From contig JALXBG010000039.1 in NCBI GenBank assembly GCA_026991605.1, positions 9,099 through 73,098 on the forward strand: a stretch of DNA of 64,000 bases, given 5' to 3'. The translations under genes were made by a program, and so were the position numbers. A model generated the notes under the pieces. That model saw only the letters and a list, made by a program, of their open reading frames with translations. It searched no databases and was not told the origin of the DNA. Positions 10,345-18,140 of this stretch are shown here, piece after piece. Origin of the DNA: Sulfurovum sp. (GTDB lineage: Bacteria; Campylobacterota; Campylobacteria; Campylobacterales; Sulfurovaceae). Within the stretch, counting starts at the first letter, position 1. Each line of letters opens with the position of its first letter.

Positions 10345-11034
10345 ATGAAATTAAAAAACACACTATTAAGTATATTGGCTATTATAGCCTTAGGACAAAC
10401 AGCATATGCAGGCGGTGGTGATGACCCACTACTCACCATGTTAAAACTAGATCAATTTGAGATACGTAATGCAAGTGAAAACTTACAAGTTTGGGAAGGC
10501 AGTTTTTGGATAGGTCATGACATCAACAAACTCTATGTCTACTCTACAGGTGAAGCCACTAAAAATGGTCTAGAGAGCAGCCAAAATGAGTTAGTCTACT
10601 CCAGAGCGATCGCCCCATTTTGGGATGCGCAAGCAGGACTTAGTTACGATAAAAATGCCAACACTTCTCGTACATGGGCAGAAGTAGCTATCGCAGGACT
10701 TGCCCCATACTATTTTGAGACACGCGCAGCACTCCTTTTTAACAATGAAGGTAATATAGGCTTACGCCTAGATGCCGAGTATGATGCACTACTCACACAA
10801 AAACTCATACTCACCCCTTCTTTTGAGGCAGATTTCTATACCAAGGATGATCCACAAATGCAAATAGGTTCAGGCTTGGCAAATGTTGAGGCAGGCTTGC
10901 GATTACGTTATGAGATAGTCCGTGAAGTTGCACCCTATGTGGGTGTGGTTTGGGAGAAAACATTTGGAAATACAGCAGATTACAACCCAGTCAATGAAAC
11001 CAACTTTGTGGCTGGTGTGAAGTTTTGGTTTTAA
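10345..11034 (+). CDS. copB: Copper-resistance outer-membrane protein CopB/PcoB
   Basis: YSRAIAPFWD.Q.G, GLAPY.FE, GLRLRYEI.RE.APYVGV, terminal F; follows the CopA oxidase. Confidence 0.93.
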   Translation: MKLKNTLLSILAIIALGQTAYAGGGDDPLLTMLKLDQFEIRNASENLQVWEGSFWIGHDINKLYVYSTGEATKNGLESSQNELVYSRAIAPFWDAQAGLSYDKNANTSRTWAEVAIAGLAPYYFETRAALLFNNEGNIGLRLDAEYDALLTQKLILTPSFEADFYTKDDPQMQIGSGLANVEAGLRLRYEIVREVAPYVGVVWEKTFGNTADYNPVNETNFVAGVKFWF

Positions 11035-11142
11035 AATATCCTCTTTGAACACTTGGAAATAAAGAATGATTTGCTTTTACTGAAACTTTTCTGTTTGTCA
11101 TTCTCTGTCTAATTTGAATCCAATACTATTAATCATCTCTCT

Positions 11143-11170
11143 AAAAACTGCAGAAAACATGCAGTTTTTT
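11143..11170. terminator. Bidirectional intrinsic terminator between copB and smpB
   Basis: AAAAACTGCA-N7-TGCAGTTTTTT. Confidence 0.6.
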
Positions 11171-11313
11171 AACATAATCAATCTTTAAATAGTATCGTGT
11201 TATAGAAAAATTATGAACTATAATATACTTGAAAAGCCCTAATTACAGAGTTTACTGATATTTTTCTGTGCTTTAAGAGTTGAAATATTATTTTGCTGCA
11301 AGAAAAATAGTGT

Positions 11314-11778
11314 TTACTCATAGCTCCTGTTTTTCATAGCAGATTTGGCTTCTCTATCCAGTGTTTTTGCTTTCATATCTGCACGCTTGTCATGGAGTTG
11401 TTTACCTTTGGCGATGGCGATGCTTACTTTTGCTAAATTACGTTCATTAAAATAAATCATCAAAGGTACAATGGTATAACCATCTTTATGGACTTTTACA
11501 TAGAGTTTTTCTAATTGTTTTTTATGTAAGAGAAGTTTTCTTGGTGTACGTGTGTCTGGTACATAGTGTTTATTGGTTGTTTCAAGGTGTGCAATATGTG
11601 CATTCATAATATAAAGTTCCCCTTGTATAAAACGACAAAAAGCATCTGCAAGATTGGCACGTTTGGCACGAAGCGCTTTGACTTCTGCCCCAGCAAGTAC
11701 AATTCCTGCTTCAAACTTTTCAAGTATCTCATAATCGTGTCTGGCTTTTTTGTTTTGTGCAACGATGTTGATGGACAC
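11314..11778 (-). CDS. smpB: SsrA-binding protein SmpB
   Basis: NKKARHDY, EAGIVL.G.EVK, RKLLLH, GK..HDKR. Confidence 0.97.
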   Translation of the reverse strand: MSINIVAQNKKARHDYEILEKFEAGIVLAGAEVKALRAKRANLADAFCRFIQGELYIMNAHIAHLETTNKHYVPDTRTPRKLLLHKKQLEKLYVKVHKDGYTIVPLMIYFNERNLAKVSIAIAKGKQLHDKRADMKAKTLDREAKSAMKNRSYE

Positions 11779-11829
11779 AGATATCCTTTTTAGTCTATAT
11801 TTTACGCAATTATATCATATAATCATAGC

Positions 11830-12573
11830 ATGGAAATAACAGCATATGAACCCTTAGAAATCCTTTATCAAGATGATTATATCGTAGCCATTAACAAACC
11901 CTCAGGGCTACTTGTACATAAATCTCCTATAGACAAGCATGAAACACGTTTTGCACTGCAAGAACTGCGTAATCAGATAGGACAGTATGTTTATCCTGTA
12001 CATCGTTTGGACAAGCCAACATCAGGAGTATTGCTTTTTGCACTAAGTAAAGAGATAGCACAAATGTTGGGTGAAGCTTTTAGAAATAATGAGGTTAAGA
12101 AAGAGTATATTGCTGTAGTACGGGGATATGTAGATGATAGTGGGGTGATAGATCATCCACTTAAAGAGATGTTAGATAGTCGAGCTCAAAAAGAACGAGG
12201 TATTACCAAAGAGGAACAGGAAGCCCGAACAGAGTATGAATGCCTAGAAAAGGTAGAGTTGCCTTATGCGGTAAGTCGTTACCCTGTTGCACGCTACTCT
12301 CTTGTGAAACTCAAACCTCAGACTGGACGTAAGCATCAACTTAGACGGCATATGAAACATATACATCATCATATGATAGGTGATACCAAACATGGTAGAG
12401 GAGAGCACAATAAACTGTTTCGTGAAAAGTTTGGATGTCATAGACTGCTTTTACATGCTAAACAACTATCTTTTGTACACCCTGTGACACAAATATCACT
12501 CTGCATAGATGCCAAAATAGATGAAACGATGCAGTGTCTATTTAAGAGTTTTGGGTGGGATAGTGTAGAATAA
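11830..12573 (+). CDS. truC: tRNA pseudouridine(65) synthase TruC (RluA family)
   Basis: NKPSGLLVH, HRLDKPTSG, TGRKHQLRRH, GD.KHG. Confidence 0.88.
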   Translation: MEITAYEPLEILYQDDYIVAINKPSGLLVHKSPIDKHETRFALQELRNQIGQYVYPVHRLDKPTSGVLLFALSKEIAQMLGEAFRNNEVKKEYIAVVRGYVDDSGVIDHPLKEMLDSRAQKERGITKEEQEARTEYECLEKVELPYAVSRYPVARYSLVKLKPQTGRKHQLRRHMKHIHHHMIGDTKHGRGEHNKLFREKFGCHRLLLHAKQLSFVHPVTQISLCIDAKIDETMQCLFKSFGWDSVE

Positions 12574-12577
12574 CTTT

Positions 12578-13246
12578 ATGGTGCAAACTACAATAAAACC
12601 ATTTGAGATACTTGATGAAGGTGTACTGCAAGAGATAAACCATTTTACCAAACGTGTACACTTTAAAAAAGGTGAGACACTCTTTAGCAATGGAGAACTC
12701 AGTCGTTATTTTTATGTAATCCAAACAGGTAAGATAAAAACCTATCAACTTAATTTGGACAACGCCAAAGAGCAGACAATCTTTATTTTACGTGCTGGAG
12801 ATATGTTTGATACGATTACGCTACTTGATGGTGAAGCACATGATGTGATGTATGAAGCGATGGAAGATACGGTTGTTTTTGAGATGCCTATAGAGAATGT
12901 GCGCTATCTGATAGAGAATAACCCTGAGTTTAACAGAAAATTTTTCCCTTATTTAGCAAAACAGATGAGACATATGGAAGAGTTGGTAACGGACATTTCA
13001 CTTTACAACACCGAAGAGAGGCTGATAAAACTCTTGCTTCAAAACCTTGACCCTACGAATCTTATGAAATACAATCTTCTTCATGGACTTTCAAATACCG
13101 AAATAGCCAAACTCATCGGTACTGTACGCCATGTGATAGAACGCCATCTAAAAAAACTCAAAAAAGAGGGTTTATTAGAGGGTAAAAGTAAAACGCTTCA
13201 AATCAATAATGCCAAAGCACTTCTGGAAAAAATAAAACTTTTTTAA
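12578..13246 (+). CDS. Crp/Fnr family transcriptional regulator
   Basis: cNMP-binding beta-roll plus C-terminal HTH (EIAKLIGTVRHVIER). Confidence 0.9.
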   Translation: MVQTTIKPFEILDEGVLQEINHFTKRVHFKKGETLFSNGELSRYFYVIQTGKIKTYQLNLDNAKEQTIFILRAGDMFDTITLLDGEAHDVMYEAMEDTVVFEMPIENVRYLIENNPEFNRKFFPYLAKQMRHMEELVTDISLYNTEERLIKLLLQNLDPTNLMKYNLLHGLSNTEIAKLIGTVRHVIERHLKKLKKEGLLEGKSKTLQINNAKALLEKIKLF

Positions 13247-13250
13247 AAAA

Positions 13251-13295
13251 ATGCAACCAAAGTAGCATTACTCCTTTTTTACTCCTTGATACAAT
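13251..13295 (+). promoter_or_regulatory. Palindromic Crp/Fnr-type site ATGCAAC-N4-GTAGCAT with -10 TACAAT
   Basis: Imperfect inverted repeat centred about -42 from the inferred TSS (class II position), directly after the Crp/Fnr gene. Confidence 0.55.
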
Positions 13296-13352
13296 ACTTT
13301 ATAGATTTAGTTTATAAGACTAAACATAAAGTATTTTATTAAGGAGCATAAG

Positions 13353-13557
13353 ATGTTAGTAACAAGATATAACCCATACAGTAATACAAGACGATTACTA
13401 TCTTTGTGAAAGTAATTTTGGTATGATTAGTAGAAGTTTTGTACTACCTGAAGGTATAGATACTTCCAAGGTTGATGCAAAGTATGAGAATGGTAGACTT
13501 TATGTGACGTTGGAAAAAGAAGAGTCAAGAAAAGCAAAAAATATCTCAGTAAAATAA
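13353..13557 (+). pseudogene. Hsp20/alpha-crystallin remnant with out-of-frame internal deletion
   Basis: AAGGAG SD + MLVTRYNPY start; another frame gives DDYYLCESNFGMISRSFVLPEGIDTSKVDAKYENGRLYVTLEK (Hsp20 C-terminal core). Confidence 0.8.
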
Positions 13558-13570
13558 AATAAAAAGAGCA

Positions 13571-14149
13571 GTGATGGAAAAATGGTTAAAAAATAATATA
13601 GTCCTGATGATACTAAACAGTATTGTCTTTATTGGAGGGTACTTTTTCCTTCGTTTAGGGTATCATATGGCGGATAATATGCCATTTACCCAAGAAATAT
13701 TACTCATAGTATTAGGTACGGTTGCGACTATACTTATCACTGCTATGCTTTTAAATAAACAGACGTCTGTTGAACTTGAGAAAGAACAAAGTGTAAAGTT
13801 TATAGAGTTAAAGACTGAAACATATCAAAATTTAATTGATACTATTGAAGAGATTATGTTATTAGATGATGTAGATGAGCGTGAACTTACAAAACTACGT
13901 TTTCATACACATAGATTAGCTATCTTTGCTTCTCCTCCTGTATTGAAAGAGTATAGAAATTTTTTAGATGTATTTAACGAGAAAATTGTAAAAGATATGA
14001 ATGTAAGTGTGGAAGATGCAGATTTGGTTTCTGATGCTTTGGCGAAGTTAACCATTTATATTCGTGCAGATTTAGTAGGTGAATTAGATGCAGAAAGTGA
14101 ACATAGTAGGAAGCAAATCAGTCAACAAATTATAGCCAATGCTAAATAG
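13571..14149 (+). CDS. Hypothetical membrane protein (two N-terminal TM helices)
   Basis: ORF with two hydrophobic segments and a helical soluble domain. Confidence 0.7.
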   Translation: MMEKWLKNNIVLMILNSIVFIGGYFFLRLGYHMADNMPFTQEILLIVLGTVATILITAMLLNKQTSVELEKEQSVKFIELKTETYQNLIDTIEEIMLLDDVDERELTKLRFHTHRLAIFASPPVLKEYRNFLDVFNEKIVKDMNVSVEDADLVSDALAKLTIYIRADLVGELDAESEHSRKQISQQIIANAK

Positions 14150-14156
14150 GTGAATC

Positions 14157-14414
14157 ATGGAAAATAATGAACATGTGAATAACCTCATGCATGGTGTGAA
14201 GTTGGTACAAATTTTAGAAGAGTTAGAAGCCCATTATGGTTGGGATGTGTTAGATAAACGAATAAGAATAAATTGTTTTAACAGTAATCCAAGTATAAAA
14301 TCGTGTTTGAAGTTCTTACGTAAAACACCTTGGGCAAGAGCTAAAGTGGAAGCATTGTATCTAGAGATGTTGAAAAATAAGAAGGAGCAAGAGGCTCCTT
14401 CTGAGAGTGATTAA
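14157..14414 (+). CDS. VF530/DUF2132 family putative DNA-binding protein
   Basis: HGV.L..ILEEL..HYGW, INCF..NPSIKSCLKFLRKTPWAR.KVE.LY. Confidence 0.9.
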   Translation: MENNEHVNNLMHGVKLVQILEELEAHYGWDVLDKRIRINCFNSNPSIKSCLKFLRKTPWARAKVEALYLEMLKNKKEQEAPSESD

Positions 14415-15460
14415 CTAAGAACTGACTCTTTTTTAAACTTCTTGGCAAGTGCATAGTAGAATGTAGCACGATATTTTGTACGTACACCTTTGAGTTCTGT
14501 ACAAACATCCTGAATCGCTGCATCAAGTACACCTTGACTAGCTTCGATACCTAGTTTTTTCATAAGGAAGTTTCTACGTACTGTATTGAGCTCTTTTGGG
14601 TCAGAGCATGATACAAGTTCTGCATCTCTTCGGTAGATAGACGGTCCAAGGTTTTTAACAACAATGGCTACAAAAGCTTCATCTACCTCTCCATAATGTT
14701 TTTTGATGTCCTTGACGTATAGTGCGATTTTTTCATCTCGTTTACTACCTTTAGCGGCAGGTGCTTTTTTGCTTGAAGTTGAAGCTCTTTTAGTCGCAGG
14801 ATTTCTGGTTGTAACTTTTTTACTTGTCGTTGTTTTTGCTATTTCTGTTTTCGTTTCTGCTTTTTTACTCACAGTTTTTTTCGTTACAGTTTTTTTGGCA
14901 GGTGCTTTTTTAGTCGTTTCTGTTTTTGTTGTCTCTTTTTTCGCAGCAGGTTTTTTAGTAGTAGTTTTTTTACTTGGTGTGCTTTTTTTAGCTGTTGTAC
15001 TACCTTTAGTCGTAGTTGTTTTTTTACTCACTTCACTCTTTTTGGTAGATGTTTTTTTGGCAGGTGCTTTTTGGGCAGGTGCTTTTTTTGCACTAGATGT
15101 TGAAGTGGAAGCTTTTTTTGTCGTAGTAGCTTTTTTTGCTTCAGCTATTTTTTTTGTAGTTTTTTTTGTTACAGATTTTTTTGTAGCAGATTTTTTACTG
15201 GTTGAATTTTTGGTACTTGTTGATTTCTTGACAGCTTTCTTTGCAGGAGGGTTTTCTATATTTCTTTTAAACTCTGTGCTGTCTTTAGGAGTCCAGATTT
15301 TTTTGATATTGTTTTTAATATCGTCAATCAGCAATCCTTCTGCACTCTTTTGGGGTGCTTTACGTTTAATAACTTCCCTATAGAGAACTTCTTTTTCAGG
15401 AGGTGTTCCTATACTTAATACCTTGCCGACGAGTTTTTTAAGTGTTTCTGTGATTGCCAT
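14411..15460 (-). CDS. DUF2853 family protein with long Lys/Thr/Ala-rich histone-H1-like region
   Basis: C-terminal LGPSIY..DAELVSCSD.KEL..V..NFL.KKLG ... KYRA.FYY; KKAPAKK repeats. Confidence 0.82.
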   Translation of the reverse strand: MAITETLKKLVGKVLSIGTPPEKEVLYREVIKRKAPQKSAEGLLIDDIKNNIKKIWTPKDSTEFKRNIENPPAKKAVKKSTSTKNSTSKKSATKKSVTKKTTKKIAEAKKATTTKKASTSTSSAKKAPAQKAPAKKTSTKKSEVSKKTTTTKGSTTAKKSTPSKKTTTKKPAAKKETTKTETTKKAPAKKTVTKKTVSKKAETKTEIAKTTTSKKVTTRNPATKRASTSSKKAPAAKGSKRDEKIALYVKDIKKHYGEVDEAFVAIVVKNLGPSIYRRDAELVSCSDPKELNTVRRNFLMKKLGIEASQGVLDAAIQDVCTELKGVRTKYRATFYYALAKKFKKESVLS

Positions 15461-15493
15461 GTTATCTCCTTTTAATAAATTATAGCTAAATTT

Positions 15494-16459
15494 TCAATAC
15501 TCTTTTATCACCTCATTAATTTGTACATATGCCATTAGTGGTGTGGTCTCAAAATAGGGTATGTCATATTTCTTTGCAAATGCTTTTGTCATCTGCTGCA
15601 CTTTAAGCAGATTGAATCTTGGTGCTTTTGGGAAAAGATGGTGTTCGATTTGTGTGTTAAGCCCACCATAAAACCAGTGTACCAAGAAACCACCTTTAAG
15701 TGAACGGCTTCCTCGCATTTGTAGTTCCATCCAAGAGAAATTTTTAGATTCTTCTTCTGTGAATGTCTCGCATCCTAAATGATTGGTAATAAAACCAAAA
15801 GCAAGCCATGGAGAAAGTACAAAGTTCATTACCAGTGCAACGATGAGTGTATTCATTCCACCTATTTGATAATAGAGTGTTCCCCATATAAGTGGCCAAT
15901 GTAGCAACATCAATGCAAACTCACCCCACAATTTACGTTTAATTACAAAAGAATATGACTGTGCAATAAAGGCAGGGAACATAAAAAACATTGCTCCCCA
16001 AAAAACAATATGTTTATATTTTTTTAAAAAAGGACTGTTCCCTTTATTGGGTGTAAATGCACCATCTAGTGCACGTATATCTTCATCTTTCTCTACAACG
16101 TTACAATAGGTATGGTGGTTGACATTATGTTTCCAGTCCCACCATGAAGAGGAATTAGAGAGTATAATTGCTGAAAAAGGATAGCTAAGTTTTTTAGAGA
16201 GAGACTTGTTTTTAAAGTATTGTGTATGTAAAATATCATGTGAAACAAAGACAGAACGTGTGAAAATTAATGTTAAAAAGAGTGCTAAAAGTATTGGGTT
16301 CCAATAGGGTGCAGTAGTTAATGCAAATATGATTGAAACAATAATAGCTATCATCTCAATCGTTCCTCTTATAGGTATTCTTTGCAGTAGACCGGCTTCA
16401 CGCACTTGTTGTTTTAATTCATCAAATAGGTCTGGATATTTTTTTATAGTTTGTGACAT
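15494..16459 (-). CDS. Fatty acid (acyl-lipid/acyl-CoA) desaturase
   Basis: His boxes HDILH, HNVNHH, QIEHHLFP; start taken at MSQTIKK. Confidence 0.88.
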   Translation of the reverse strand: MSQTIKKYPDLFDELKQQVREAGLLQRIPIRGTIEMIAIIVSIIFALTTAPYWNPILLALFLTLIFTRSVFVSHDILHTQYFKNKSLSKKLSYPFSAIILSNSSSWWDWKHNVNHHTYCNVVEKDEDIRALDGAFTPNKGNSPFLKKYKHIVFWGAMFFMFPAFIAQSYSFVIKRKLWGEFALMLLHWPLIWGTLYYQIGGMNTLIVALVMNFVLSPWLAFGFITNHLGCETFTEEESKNFSWMELQMRGSRSLKGGFLVHWFYGGLNTQIEHHLFPKAPRFNLLKVQQMTKAFAKKYDIPYFETTPLMAYVQINEVIKEY

Positions 16460-16524
16460 TGTTTTCTCTTTAAGTGTATTATACTTATTATAACGTGTAT
16501 AGTTTAAGGTAATATTGATGTGTC

Positions 16525-17310
16525 TCAAGAATATTGTATTTCTGTGCATCTAAAAAATGTACTACCTGAGCCAGAGAAGAACCATCCCTCTTTGGCGACA
16601 TCTTTTAATTCAGGGTAGGCGATGAGAGCTGCTGCATAGAGGTCATTAAGTATAATGGGATCTGCTATCATTTCTAGTAACGTTTTAGAATCAAGTCTAT
16701 CCCAGCCTAAAAACGAACAGAGTGTTATATTGTCCAGCAGATGCTTTTTAAATGTTTTATAGACTACAGGTGTATCACAACTTATGTTTGGGGTATAGAG
16801 CTCTAGCTTTAGGGGTACTTCGTCAAATGCTTCAACCACTTCTCCAAAACCTGAGACATTGGCTGATGGATAGTTGTAGATGAAAAAAGGAAGATCAGCC
16901 CCTATAGTGCTACCCAACTTTGCTAACTCTTCTGTGCTTATCATCAGATGACACACTTCTTTGACCAAACGCATAAATGCAGCAGCATCTGAGCTTCCTC
17001 CCCCTAATCCTGCTTGACTTGGTATACGTTTTGTAACTACTACTTTATGTTTATAAAAGAAGTTGAGGATGTCAAGGTCACCGGTATAATCATTGAGTGC
17101 TTTATAGGCTTTGTAGATGGTGTTGGATTCTAATGCAACATTATCGCATCCTTCTATAGTAAACGTGTCACATTCACAAGGTACGAAGCGAATAGTATCA
17201 TATAAATCTTCCACACGCATAAACCGTGAGAATAGGGTATGGTACCCCTCTTTATGTCCAGTAATCTTTAAAAATATGTTTACTTTTGCATGGGCTTTGA
17301 TACTGTACAT
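16525..17310 (-). CDS. ispE: 4-diphosphocytidyl-2-C-methyl-D-erythritol kinase
   Basis: AKVNIFL, KRIP..AGLGGGSSDAA, GADLPFF, SGSGS. Confidence 0.96.
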   Translation of the reverse strand: MYSIKAHAKVNIFLKITGHKEGYHTLFSRFMRVEDLYDTIRFVPCECDTFTIEGCDNVALESNTIYKAYKALNDYTGDLDILNFFYKHKVVVTKRIPSQAGLGGGSSDAAAFMRLVKEVCHLMISTEELAKLGSTIGADLPFFIYNYPSANVSGFGEVVEAFDEVPLKLELYTPNISCDTPVVYKTFKKHLLDNITLCSFLGWDRLDSKTLLEMIADPIILNDLYAAALIAYPELKDVAKEGWFFSGSGSTFFRCTEIQYS

Positions 17311-18140
17311 TATGCCTCCTCAAACTTTGGAATACGGTTAAATCGATATTTGACTTCATTACCTATGATTTCAATAATAGAAAAAAATTGTGAAGTTTCA
17401 ATAAGGTAAATACCTTCATCTTGTATCTGAAAATACTCTATACCAAGTTTTTTCCCAAGTTCCATGAATGATTCGTCTCCTGTATAAACATTGGTAGGTA
17501 ATGCCAAATGGGTAAAGGGGTTCAAGGTTTTTTCATTGTCATAATAAAACTGCCCTTCATTGATACGGTGCAGGCTAGAGAGTGTGCCATCAACCCCTAA
17601 TTTATCTGCGATAAGTGCACCCAAAGAGCGTATGTATGTTCCCTCAGAAACTTTGGCTTCAAAGTGGACAAAAGGATGGTTGTAGTTCAGTAGTTTTATA
17701 TCGTAAATGGTAGAGGTAATGGTTTTTAAATCTACCTCTTCCCCTGCACGTGCAAGCTCGTAGGCACGTTGTCCGTTTATCCTTTTTGCACAAAACTTTG
17801 GAGGGTAGTAGGTAAGCTCTCCCCTAAGAGAGGAGAGTATTTCTCTTATGCATGCTTGGGGAAAATGTTCTACTTCTTTAATGCTGTCTATATTCTCTAT
17901 ATCAAGGCTTGGAGAGTTTGCCCCTAGCCATAGGGTTGCTTTGTAGCTTTTTGGGGTTTTATTGAGGTATTGAAAGAGTTTGGTGTATTGTCCTGTAGCC
18001 ACAATGAGACAGCCTGTGGCAAAGGGGTCAAGCGTACCAGAGAATCCTACTTTTTTAGTCCCATATTTACGTTTTACATAACCCATATAGCCATTGGAGG
18101 AACGAAATATGGGTTTGTTTACGACGAATAAGCGGTTCAT
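17310..18140 (-). CDS. truB: tRNA pseudouridine(55) synthase
   Basis: KVGFSGTLDPFATG, GTYIRSL. Confidence 0.96.
   Translation of the reverse strand: MNRLFVVNKPIFRSSNGYMGYVKRKYGTKKVGFSGTLDPFATGCLIVATGQYTKLFQYLNKTPKSYKATLWLGANSPSLDIENIDSIKEVEHFPQACIREILSSLRGELTYYPPKFCAKRINGQRAYELARAGEEVDLKTITSTIYDIKLLNYNHPFVHFEAKVSEGTYIRSLGALIADKLGVDGTLSSLHRINEGQFYYDNEKTLNPFTHLALPTNVYTGDESFMELGKKLGIEYFQIQDEGIYLIETSQFFSIIEIIGNEVKYRFNRIPKFEEA

Noticed and set aside
11035-11313. tmRNA (ssrA) or att site next to smpB bounding the copper cluster
   Set aside because: No tRNA-like ends or tag frame seen, and no direct repeat found at the other side of the cluster.
14703-15383. 226-aa hydrophobic ORF on the + strand
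   Set aside because: Antisense shadow of the Lys-rich repeat gene (AAA codons read as TTT).
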